Shown here: piece by piece, positions 56,460-64,000 of the stretch | How positions within the stretch are numbered: the first letter of the stretch is position 1 | Layout of the letters: every line of letters starts with the position of its first letter | Source: a virus | Length of the DNA: 64,000 nucleotides | Strand: one strand, 5' to 3' | IMG/VR virus record: IMGVR_UViG_3300001200_000009 | Position numbers and translations under genes: made by a program | The notes under the pieces: model-generated | Told to the model about the DNA's origin: nothing | Seen by the model: only the letters and a program-made list of their open reading frames with translations | The model's database searches: none

Positions 56460-56959
56460 TTGGCTAAAATGTACTCCATAATAAATTTGACGCCATCGTT
56501 ATCGCCAGTCGTTTCTTGGAACTCATAGTCACCAAGCATATTGCGGATGTCGTCGTCAAGTTTCTTAGACTGTTCTTCGTCATGAACCCGTCCATAGGTA
56601 GCAAACGGCTTGGTACGATTCAAAAAGAAGTTGATGTTATCAGAAGAGCGGGCTTGGAAATCTCCATGAATCGCTCTTCTGAGGATGATATTGTCCGTGT
56701 ATGCCGCGCAAAGGAGGGTTGGACAATCGGTGATGATGTAATCGACTTTGCCGATAAGACGCTGAATTCTCCATGTTTGAACACCCCACACATATGAAGG
56801 ACATTTGAGCGCTTCAGGATTGGAGTATGCAAGGTCCTTCGCGAATTCGGTTACGAGTTCACATTGTTCTGCATGGTCTTTAAAGGAGGCGAATAATTTA
56901 GAAGCAGTAGTCGATTTGCCAGCCCCAGGGCCAGCGAATAGGTTGATTATTTTCGTCAT
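56456..56959 (-). CDS. P-loop kinase (NadR/AAA_28-like)
   Basis: FAGPGAGKST, EFAK, ITDCP. Confidence 0.75.
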   Translation of the reverse strand: MTKIINLFAGPGAGKSTTASKLFASFKDHAEQCELVTEFAKDLAYSNPEALKCPSYVWGVQTWRIQRLIGKVDYIITDCPTLLCAAYTDNIILRRAIHGDFQARSSDNINFFLNRTKPFATYGRVHDEEQSKKLDDDIRNMLGDYEFQETTGDNDGVKFIMEYILAK

Positions 56960-56997
56960 TGATATATTATAACATCTCTGTTTGTGGAAGTAAACGC

Positions 56998-57357
56998 TTA
57001 TTTTTGAATGTGGCGATTATTTTCAATCTCGTTCTTAATCCACTTAGCATCGCCGTCGTGGTCAACGCTAACGATTTCCTTAAAGCCTGTCATAAGGATG
57101 TGAATTTCAGCCTTGTCTGGAAAGTAGAAATAACCAGATTGGGTGATAATCATATCACCGTTTTCGAAAGCCTCAACATAGGTTTCCCAGAAATCATCGT
57201 AGGTCGATTTCATTTCTTCACGGTTTTCGCATTCAAAAACCGGTTTGTTGTCGACGAGCTTAAAGGTAATCTTATGGCTTTTCAAGCGATTGCCAAAGGG
57301 CTTCTTCTTATTGACGATAAACCAGTCTTGGCTAAGAAGGATTCTATCCTGGGTTGG
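56998..57357 (-). CDS. Hypothetical protein
   Basis: Probable start MPTQDR. Confidence 0.55.
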   Translation of the reverse strand, partial: PTQDRILLSQDWFIVNKKKPFGNRLKSHKITFKLVDNKPVFECENREEMKSTYDDFWETYVEAFENGDMIITQSGYFYFPDKAEIHILMTGFKEIVSVDHDGDAKWIKNEIENNRHIQK

Positions 57358-58108
57358 CATTATATCTCTTACGTTGGCGCTCTTTCCAGTCATCTGGGAC
57401 TTCTTCCTCTTCGTTATCTCCAATTCGCCAATCAAACATCGCATCGTCAACGTCGTTGTGAGGAGGACTATAAAATTGACCCAGTCCTCTTGGTTCTACG
57501 CTAAACACCGTTGGAATATTTATGGTCTTGGGGATAAATGGATGTCTATAAGGATGTGCATGCTCTGGATGTCCGCAAGCATTACAAATAGCAGTAGGCG
57601 TAGACGCTGGAGATTTAAGAGTCTCTTTAAAGCTTTCAACGAATTCATCTATCGTAGATTGGTCTGGCGTTTCGGCATATTCAGTCATGATGACTCCACC
57701 ATATTCAAAGATTTTTTCAGACTTTCGCTGAGACTCTTCCCATCTAGGGTCATCATGAATATCCATAAAGACGACATGCTCAACACCCGCGTTCACGAGT
57801 TTTCCAGCGCATGAAGAGCAAGGAGCTAGCCCATAAATATAGACAGTCGAACCTTCAAGCGATACACCATTTTTGGCAGCATTGATGATTACGTTTTCTT
57901 CGGCATGAATAATGTGAACATACTTGACTTCACGATTATCGAGATATTCAGCTGTATCGGGCAATCCTTTCGGAAGTCCATTATATCCTTGTGCCAGAAT
58001 ACGACGGTCTTTTACAGCAACCGCTCCAATTTGTTTTGAAGGGTCTTTAGACCAAGTTGAGATGAGTTCGGCCATCTCCATAAACCGTATGTCCCATTTG
58101 TTAAGCAA
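57344..58108 (-). CDS. dCMP deaminase with C-terminal extension
   Basis: SKDPS, GYNG, HAEEN, APCSSC. Confidence 0.88.
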   Translation of the reverse strand: MLNKWDIRFMEMAELISTWSKDPSKQIGAVAVKDRRILAQGYNGLPKGLPDTAEYLDNREVKYVHIIHAEENVIINAAKNGVSLEGSTVYIYGLAPCSSCAGKLVNAGVEHVVFMDIHDDPRWEESQRKSEKIFEYGGVIMTEYAETPDQSTIDEFVESFKETLKSPASTPTAICNACGHPEHAHPYRHPFIPKTINIPTVFSVEPRGLGQFYSPPHNDVDDAMFDWRIGDNEEEEVPDDWKERQRKRYNANPG

Positions 58109-58496
58109 CTCGTACTCTCCCGTTTGTTAGTGTTGTGTGACCAAGTTTTTCGGTCCATTCGCGCCATGTGTCAATCCATGGACCTCTAAAGGATAAGACC
58201 CAGCTTGACCCGATTGAACGAACCTTATGCATCTTTTCTCTTGGTGTATAGATAGGTTTCCAAGATGGTCTATATCTCCGTTCAAATCTGGGAAATTTGA
58301 AATCCTCTTCCATCAACGAATGGCCTTTGAGATACCAAGAGATGGCATTAAAGGCGTGGGTATGAAATGCTTCTCTAGACCCGTGATGAAAATTCAGAAG
58401 CACAATCGAAAATGCTGGTTTCAGCTCGATTAGGAAATATCCATCAACACACGAATCTTTACCGCCGTCTTTTGCTTTCTGAAAAAATCTAGCCAT
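58101..58496 (-). CDS. Cupin-like hypothetical protein
   Basis: FHTHAF..MHKV..SWVLSFRGP. Confidence 0.6.
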   Translation of the reverse strand: MARFFQKAKDGGKDSCVDGYFLIELKPAFSIVLLNFHHGSREAFHTHAFNAISWYLKGHSLMEEDFKFPRFERRYRPSWKPIYTPREKMHKVRSIGSSWVLSFRGPWIDTWREWTEKLGHTTLTNGRVRVA

Positions 58497-58702
58497 TAAA
58501 CCGCAGCTCTTACGAAGCAGTCTTTTGCTTCAAGAAGTTTTTGAAGACCTAGGGCAGCTTGTTCGGCTTGAGCGCCAGAAGAGCCCTTGAAATTACTATA
58601 CATCCGATTAGCAAGTTCGCCAAAAGGCTGGCTAATAGTCTTAAGATGCGGTGGAAGATGTTCATAAGCGAAAAATTCTATTGGTGTTGTTAGCGTAGCC
58701 AT
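58496..58702 (-). CDS. Small helical protein (FxYxHLP..KLLEAKD..VRA)
   Basis: Start MATLTT, coupled to the gp42-like gene. Confidence 0.7.
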   Translation of the reverse strand: MATLTTPIEFFAYEHLPPHLKTISQPFGELANRMYSNFKGSSGAQAEQAALGLQKLLEAKDCFVRAAV

Positions 58703-59358
58703 TAAGCTTCCTTTACTAAATTGAAGTGGCGTTCGTAGACATGAAGGGAACCGACTTGCCAAAAGATTTCTCCTTGTTCGACTCCAAGGTCAGCGCAAAG
58801 GTCTTTATGAACATGGTCTGCCCATGCAAAGTCGTTTTTATATCCGAAAATGGCGTCATTTGACCGCATTTGAACAATAGCATCGAGGCTTTGCCCATTC
58901 CATAGATATTGATGAGCATTGGTGCAAACAAAATCATTCATGCCGTTTTCAAAAGCATCGACATGCATGGTTGGTCTTTGATAAATCATAATCGCCCGAC
59001 GAGAGTCGATATTGTCTTCAAGGGCATTTAGCGCTGCCGTGTACTGGTGTCCGTTCTCTTTAGAGTAAATACACCATCCGTAATTTGAATTGATTTTGCC
59101 GTCTTTATCCGCAACGCTCTCCCAAATTGCTGGTGTTTTACCTGGAATATCGGCGACTTGTCTAGATTTGGACAGATACCATTGGAGTTCTCGTTCGATA
59201 TATTCATTGGGCTTCCCGAAGATTGTGTTTTCATCAGCAATAAATGAGGCGCCTGGAATTTCAAGCATCTTACAGCCAGTTTTATCTGTCTTAAATTGCT
59301 CATCTTCTAGCATAGCTATAAACGTATCGCGAATGTTATGTACTGATGGCTTAAACAT
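58702..59358 (-). CDS. Thymidylate-synthase-fold dCMP hydroxymethylase/hydroxylase (T4 gp42-like)
   Basis: NSNYG, SRRAI, VCT, MRSNDAIFGYKND (Asp at the TS Asn177 position), GSLHVYERH. Confidence 0.8.
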   Translation of the reverse strand: MFKPSVHNIRDTFIAMLEDEQFKTDKTGCKMLEIPGASFIADENTIFGKPNEYIERELQWYLSKSRQVADIPGKTPAIWESVADKDGKINSNYGWCIYSKENGHQYTAALNALEDNIDSRRAIMIYQRPTMHVDAFENGMNDFVCTNAHQYLWNGQSLDAIVQMRSNDAIFGYKNDFAWADHVHKDLCADLGVEQGEIFWQVGSLHVYERHFNLVKEA

Positions 59359-59938
59359 TGGTGAACTCCACAAACTTTGCGACTTCAACATAAAGGTCTT
59401 CGAGCGACCCATTGTTGTCTATGAAATATCCAGCATAGGTCTTTGGAATATCGAAACTGGATTTCGGTTCGAGCTCATGGCGGTCAGAAGCATCGACCCA
59501 TACGATGTAATCAAATAATCCTTGCTTGATACACTCTTGAAGTTCAGCAAGTCGTCTCATTCCGCAATAGATGTCTCCACCGCGTAGAACGTTTTTAGCG
59601 TGCGCGCAAGGGTCGTCTTTGTTAAATGTTGCGATGGCTTCGAACCAAGTTGGGCGATGCCTGCCGCGGTCTTCGAAGCAGTCCATCGCAGACTTATAGC
59701 CTTCGTTTGGAAGATAATTTTTCCAAATCCATTCAGCAATTAGAATGCTAGAAGGATTAAATGCGAAGTCGTGCTTGTCTCTAAGAATTTCGCTGACTGT
59801 ATCTTTACCATGTCGGGCATGGCCAAGGATTAGAATTTTGGGTTTTGAAGAGCGTTCGTCATAAACGATATGCTCCGGATAATCGGTTGGGACATCAATT
59901 GTCAATCGCTCAACCGTAAGCGTTGTGTAGTCTATCAT
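59351..59938 (-). CDS. Deoxynucleoside monophosphate kinase-like
   Basis: ILGHARHGKDTV, GMRR..E, IDNNGSLEDL; early promoter 59991-59996. Confidence 0.75.
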   Translation of the reverse strand: MIDYTTLTVERLTIDVPTDYPEHIVYDERSSKPKILILGHARHGKDTVSEILRDKHDFAFNPSSILIAEWIWKNYLPNEGYKSAMDCFEDRGRHRPTWFEAIATFNKDDPCAHAKNVLRGGDIYCGMRRLAELQECIKQGLFDYIVWVDASDRHELEPKSSFDIPKTYAGYFIDNNGSLEDLYVEVAKFVEFTNV

Positions 59939-60063
59939 TAGAACCTTAATATTGGGGTATAGACCTATTATATCATTTTTCGTTAGTGATGTAAACATAT
60001 AAATAAAAATGCGTCCACGATGTGCAACCATCCGACGCTCTAATACTAAAGGGAGTAATCAGC

Positions 60064-60525
60064 ATGGTTATTTATACCGTCTACAAGACCACCAATCTCA
60101 TCAATAATAAAACCTATATCGGTGTTCATAAAACAATGGACCCTAATGACTCGTATTTAGGGTCCGGCGAAGCTATCAAAGCTGCAATAAAGAAATATGG
60201 AAGACATAATTTCTCTAAAGAAGTTTTGTTCTCGTTCGATAATTCTGCCGATATGTTGGCCAAAGAGGCCGAGTTGGTAGAAATCAATGAGAATACATAT
60301 AACCTAATCAAAGGCGGCGGAAGTTATAGCGAAACTTCCTATAAAATTACTGAATCACATCGTAAAAATCTTTCTAAAAGTCTAACCGGTAGAAAGCTCT
60401 CAGAAGAGACTAAAGCTAAAATGAGGGCTTCAGCTGGTCATAGAAGAGGTAAGAAGAATTCTATTGAACACAATCTTAAAATTTCTAAGACCTTAAAAGA
60501 GAAGGCAAAGCATTCCAATTTTTAG
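60064..60525 (+). CDS. Free-standing GIY-YIG homing endonuclease
   Basis: YTVYKTTN..TYIG, YLGSG, NUMOD3; TATAAATA 59998-60005. Confidence 0.9.
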   Translation: MVIYTVYKTTNLINNKTYIGVHKTMDPNDSYLGSGEAIKAAIKKYGRHNFSKEVLFSFDNSADMLAKEAELVEINENTYNLIKGGGSYSETSYKITESHRKNLSKSLTGRKLSEETKAKMRASAGHRRGKKNSIEHNLKISKTLKEKAKHSNF

Positions 60526-61033
60526 CTGTTGGATGAAATGAAGTTAAGACCTTGGCAATCGTTGAGTTATCCAATATTCCGTATTGCTGCACTTGTGTAA
60601 ACGAGTAATTTAAGACACTGCCGTAAGCGGTTTCTTTCAGTTGAAACATTCGTCTCTGGTCTTGGGGTACTTCGTATACCCTTATTGTCGATTGGTCTGA
60701 GGCAGGAACCCGAACGATGATTAGCCTATCTACCGATGTAATTTTACGCTCTTGACTGGCTTCGATTGAATAGACTCTTTCCTTCATGAATGGGAAAATA
60801 GTCTTGACCTCGTAAGTTTGCCCTTGGACTGTGCCGTCTTTTTCAGAGTCCCACCAATCTTCGGTCATTTGGACATCGCCATCATATTCATGCCAAAGCA
60901 TTTCAAAGGCGATTGCCTCTCCAATAATACCTTGTTTAAGAATGTCGCCCTTACGACCCGTGGGCTTAACTTCCTGTAAAGCTCGGGTTAATTCTTTTAG
61001 TGTCTCATCGCGGACAGTCGTAAGCTTAATCAT
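60485..61033 (-). CDS. Putative PD-(D/E)xK nuclease
   Basis: GIIGEAIA..KDG..YEVKT. Confidence 0.5.
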   Translation of the reverse strand: MIKLTTVRDETLKELTRALQEVKPTGRKGDILKQGIIGEAIAFEMLWHEYDGDVQMTEDWWDSEKDGTVQGQTYEVKTIFPFMKERVYSIEASQERKITSVDRLIIVRVPASDQSTIRVYEVPQDQRRMFQLKETAYGSVLNYSFTQVQQYGILDNSTIAKVLTSFHPTAKNWNALPSLLRS

Positions 61034-61424
61034 TATTAAGGAAGCTCAAATCGATTTCATCTTCGTCAAAATCTCCAGATTCTACTCTAGCTTGGGCTCT
61101 TTCTCTAGCTTTTCTAAGAACTGTCATCTCAGAGCTAATGCTCATCAAAGCTTTGAGGTGAACTTCGGTCACCTTATGCCTATATGATTTCGCGATTTTG
61201 GTGTGTATAAACATATGGCAAAACTTGCAAAGCGTCACTCCATTGCTTACTGTAAATCTAAGAAGAGGATGATATTTGGCGCTTCGAATATGATGGGCTT
61301 CGCGTGTCTGTCGGTCTCCACAGCATTTACATACTCCGTCTCGACGGATAACGTAAATTTTCCAAAGCCTATAAGCCTTAGTTCTGCGCCAGTGTTTAGT
61401 TATAGGGGGAAGAGTGATAGTCAT
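61026..61424 (-). CDS. HNH endonuclease
   Basis: CKCC, EAHHI..SNGVTLCKFCH. Confidence 0.85.
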   Translation of the reverse strand: MTITLPPITKHWRRTKAYRLWKIYVIRRDGVCKCCGDRQTREAHHIRSAKYHPLLRFTVSNGVTLCKFCHMFIHTKIAKSYRHKVTEVHLKALMSISSEMTVLRKARERAQARVESGDFDEDEIDLSFLNND

Positions 61425-62353
61425 TACATATTGCCGTATACGAATTCGAGTGCTCGATTCGCTTCTTTAATTATTGGTCTTGTTTTGAACCGATTTTTCT
61501 GATAACGCTGGTCAATTTGGCGGACCAGAGTTTCGAGTTCTTCAGCAGTAATCGGATAGCCCTTTTTGACCGCAATGCCGGCGATTGAACACATCAACTG
61601 GAATAAGAATCGGTAACGTCCATCATTGAGCGCTGCATATTCCATCACCAATTCTTCGCGTACGAACGGACAGTCACGATAGTCTGTCCATTGGAACGTT
61701 TTAGTAAGAGTAGCTTTACGCTGATTGAGAATTTCTTCTTTCAGCTGTGGCGGTAGATTGTCAAAAAAGTTAGATGCGGTTGGAGTATATTCGTGACGAC
61801 TCATTAACTCTTTAGGGTCTAAGATTGGACCTTTATTTGTGAAGATGAAATTGTAGGCGTCTGGATATTGACCTGGAATGTAATACATCCGTGAAAGGTC
61901 TTTTGTCGATTCGTCTCCTTCTCCCAAATACTCTTGATTGAGTGCGAACCAAAAATGACTGATGTCATCACGATGGACAGGTTCGGTAAGAGGAAATACT
62001 AGTCTGAATTTAGGATGTTCTTTGGTTGAAGAAGCAGTTGAATAGCAGACGTAGTAGTTGTCTTGAATTCCTGCTATGAGCTCGTCGTATGAGCATTCAT
62101 AGTCATCAACATCGAGCGCGGCCCAACTACACCATTCCATGACATTACGATTTGCTCGAGTAGTCCCTTCCTCATAGGATGCAGGACTTATTAGAGGAGC
62201 ATCGCCCTTTGAAGGCTTCTCGCCCTTTGGAGTTTTGCGGGTCCTCTTCTTATGAAGGGAATAGAGTAAATCCTCGAGTCCTTGAAAGTCCTCAAAGAGC
62301 ATGGTCTTATGCGTCTTATTGTCGAAGATGTTTTTGAATATGGTGAGTTGCAT
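61424..62353 (-). CDS. Primase-polymerase (AEP)-like protein
   Basis: LISPA, ALDVDD, YSTASS..PKFRLVFPL. Confidence 0.7.
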   Translation of the reverse strand: MQLTIFKNIFDNKTHKTMLFEDFQGLEDLLYSLHKKRTRKTPKGEKPSKGDAPLISPASYEEGTTRANRNVMEWCSWAALDVDDYECSYDELIAGIQDNYYVCYSTASSTKEHPKFRLVFPLTEPVHRDDISHFWFALNQEYLGEGDESTKDLSRMYYIPGQYPDAYNFIFTNKGPILDPKELMSRHEYTPTASNFFDNLPPQLKEEILNQRKATLTKTFQWTDYRDCPFVREELVMEYAALNDGRYRFLFQLMCSIAGIAVKKGYPITAEELETLVRQIDQRYQKNRFKTRPIIKEANRALEFVYGNM

Positions 62354-62602
62354 TGAAGTCCAAAAAGGCTAGGTCCGAAGACCTAGCAAGTTTAAGGGGA
62401 GAATGTGCAAAATCGACTTCCGCACTTGTATATTATAATCTATTTCGAATGGAATGTAAATACGAAAAATCCTCCTAATCAAATGAATTAGGAGGACTTA
62501 ACGGAGGATAACCAATGGAGATGATTTCCTCAAGGCCACCTTACGGCGACTCCACCATCCGACTTTTGGGAGATAAGAGGTGTCGGAGGACCTCTATTTT
62601 GA

Positions 62603-62734
62603 AGAGTCAAATCACGCTGCTAAAAAGGCGCTCTACCACTGAGCTATCCTCCCATAAAGGTGGGAGGAGTGGGATTCGAACCCACGACCCGCTGCTCCGA
62701 ATGCAATAGAAGTAAGCGAACATATAGCGACTCT
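62603..62734 (-). ncRNA. GCUAU/GAUUU motif RNA, copy B, with permuted tRNA module (62628-62692)
   Basis: AGAGTC/GACTCT; T arm, TCCTCCC-loop-GGGAGGA, D arm. Confidence 0.8.
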
Positions 62735-62741
62735 ATTTTAA

Positions 62742-62880
62742 AGGACTAAATCATACAGCTAAAAAGGCTCGGTGCGTTTACCATTTCGCCACCCTCCGCA
62801 TGGTTAGCCGAGGGGCAGGACTCGAACCTGCAAATACCGAGTTTGACAATATTAGAAGTAAACGTGTATATAGCAATCCT
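62742..62880 (-). ncRNA. GCUAU/GAUUU motif RNA, copy A, with permuted tRNA module (62768-62841)
   Basis: AGGATT/AGTCCT; CTCGG, T arm, CCCTCGG-loop-CGGAGGG, D arm, CCGAG. Confidence 0.8.
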
Positions 62881-63064
62881 ATTCTTTATATCCTAAATAA
62901 ACTTTAGCATGCCATTCGATAAATTCTTCGATTTCATTGCCGCTTTTGATGAATGTTTGAAGCTCATCATAGTCCCAGAATTCACCTAAAGTTTCAGGAA
63001 TAGTAAACTCATTATCTCTCATAAGAGTCAAAAAAGCTTTAAATCTTTCTGTTTTGATAGCCAT
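62879..63064 (-). CDS. Hypothetical protein
   Basis: Small ORF immediately upstream of copy A. Confidence 0.55.
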   Translation of the reverse strand: MAIKTERFKAFLTLMRDNEFTIPETLGEFWDYDELQTFIKSGNEIEEFIEWHAKVYLGYKE

Positions 63065-63300
63065 TAGAACAAATCCATTTCAGCGAAAAACATGTCGCCA
63101 TGGAATTCAGAAACTTCAAATTCCTTATCAGCTCCCATAAAGTGAACCGTAAATTTGTCACCAACTTTAGTTGCTTGACCCGAAATAATGTCTTTTTGAA
63201 AGAATTTGATAGGCATGTAATATCTCCATTTTACTATTCTAGTATATACTATGGAGCTAGAATGTAAACAACAAAATGCATTTTATTTCTGGAGACATTG

Positions 63301-63375
63301 ATTGCGTAATCATACACTTCAAATAAATCTGCTTAAGCTGAGGGTGAATCTCGCACCCGGATGCATCGGAGTGTA
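63301..63375. ncRNA. Repeated structured RNA candidate, copy 2
   Basis: Same conserved blocks as 19675-19740. Confidence 0.6.
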
Positions 63376-63393
63376 TAGGCTAAATGATTGAAA

Positions 63394-63828
63394 CTACACC
63401 CTTTTATTTGACTTAGTTTCCATCTCTTTAAACAGTCCTAGATTGTCAAGATGGCTCGGACCTACCCAGCCCTCTGGTTTCGTTAGGTCAGGCAATCCAA
63501 GAGGATTTGGTCGACCTTCCTTGATGCCAACTTCCTTTGAGTTGTTGGCTTTATGGACAGCATCCCAAGCCTTTTGAGAGTCTACGCCAAAATGGTCCAG
63601 AGTACCAGCTGCAACCACAATAAGGTCAATCAGCCCGTCTACAACCTCGTCAGCATTAAACTCTAAGCCTCCATACCCAGTAGCCAATTCAGTTTCATTA
63701 AGCTCTTCCTTGAGTAAGTCAATTCTGAAATCCAAAAGGTCTAGTTTGGTGTCGAAATCCATTTTCTCGATGGACTCATTGAAGCCGTACTTGTCGTACA
63801 TAAGGGCAATGTCAGTAAAAATCGTCAT
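63394..63828 (-). CDS. MazG/PRA-PH-like dNTP pyrophosphohydrolase
   Basis: LLKEELNE, EVVDGLIDL, VHKANNSK, KPEGW. Confidence 0.85.
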   Translation of the reverse strand: MTIFTDIALMYDKYGFNESIEKMDFDTKLDLLDFRIDLLKEELNETELATGYGGLEFNADEVVDGLIDLIVVAAGTLDHFGVDSQKAWDAVHKANNSKEVGIKEGRPNPLGLPDLTKPEGWVGPSHLDNLGLFKEMETKSNKRV

Positions 63829-63893
63829 TAAATTTCCTTGTTATGTAATATTATATCATTTCTTTTAAGGGCTGTAAACTGATAAATATTATT

Positions 63894-64000
63894 ATGTTAT
63901 ACACAGTTTATAAGACCACTAATTTGGTTAACGGTAAGATTTATGTAGGTGTTCATAAAACGAACAATCCTAATGATTCATATTTAGGGTCTGGTAAAGC
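63894..64000 (+). CDS. GIY-YIG homing endonuclease, partial
   Basis: MLYTVYKTTNLVNGKIYVGVHKT..YLGSGK. Confidence 0.85.
   Translation, partial: MLYTVYKTTNLVNGKIYVGVHKTNNPNDSYLGSGK

Noticed and set aside
56959-57814. Plus-strand ORFs of 181 and 189 aa, and most other plus-strand ORFs in the track
   Set aside because: They are antisense shadows of minus-strand genes with recognisable motifs and have no SD or promoter support.
1-64000. CRISPR array, DGR, integrase or IS
   Set aside because: No repeat-spacer array, reverse transcriptase, recombinase or transposase motifs seen.
1-64000. Stop-codon reassignment
   Set aside because: Long ORFs with intact motifs tile the window in the standard code, and no CTA/TCA/TTA suppressor tRNA was found.

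Overview
This 64-kb window looks like part of a large T4-like myovirus genome. It carries uvsX, gp41 helicase, gp30-type ligase, a gp42-like enzyme, TATAAATA late promoters and about 34 GTTTAC-N17/18-TAnnnT early promoters. The host may be an alphaproteobacterium (inference from a tRNA-His with A73 and an HPDxNGG J-domain). Almost all genes are on the minus strand. Contents: NAD+ salvage (NadV, NadM-Nudix); RNA repair genes (Rnl1, Rnl2-like, Pnk/phosphatase); DNA-modification candidates (Ino1 + HAD + aGPT-PPlase-like; dCMP hydroxymethylase-like with kinases); 8 GIY-YIG and 4 HNH free-standing endonucleases; and about 18 tRNAs. Three things stand out. (1) A self-contained E2-JAB-E1-Ubl ubiquitin-like conjugation operon. 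(2) A four-copy covarying RNA motif: two copies flank a 729-aa TerD-domain gene and two enclose circularly permuted, YrlA/Y-RNA-like tRNA modules; a third permuted module lies elsewhere. (3) Many non-canonical tRNA-like and other structured ncRNAs. All calls were made by eye from motifs and base-pairing; no database searches or folding programs were run.
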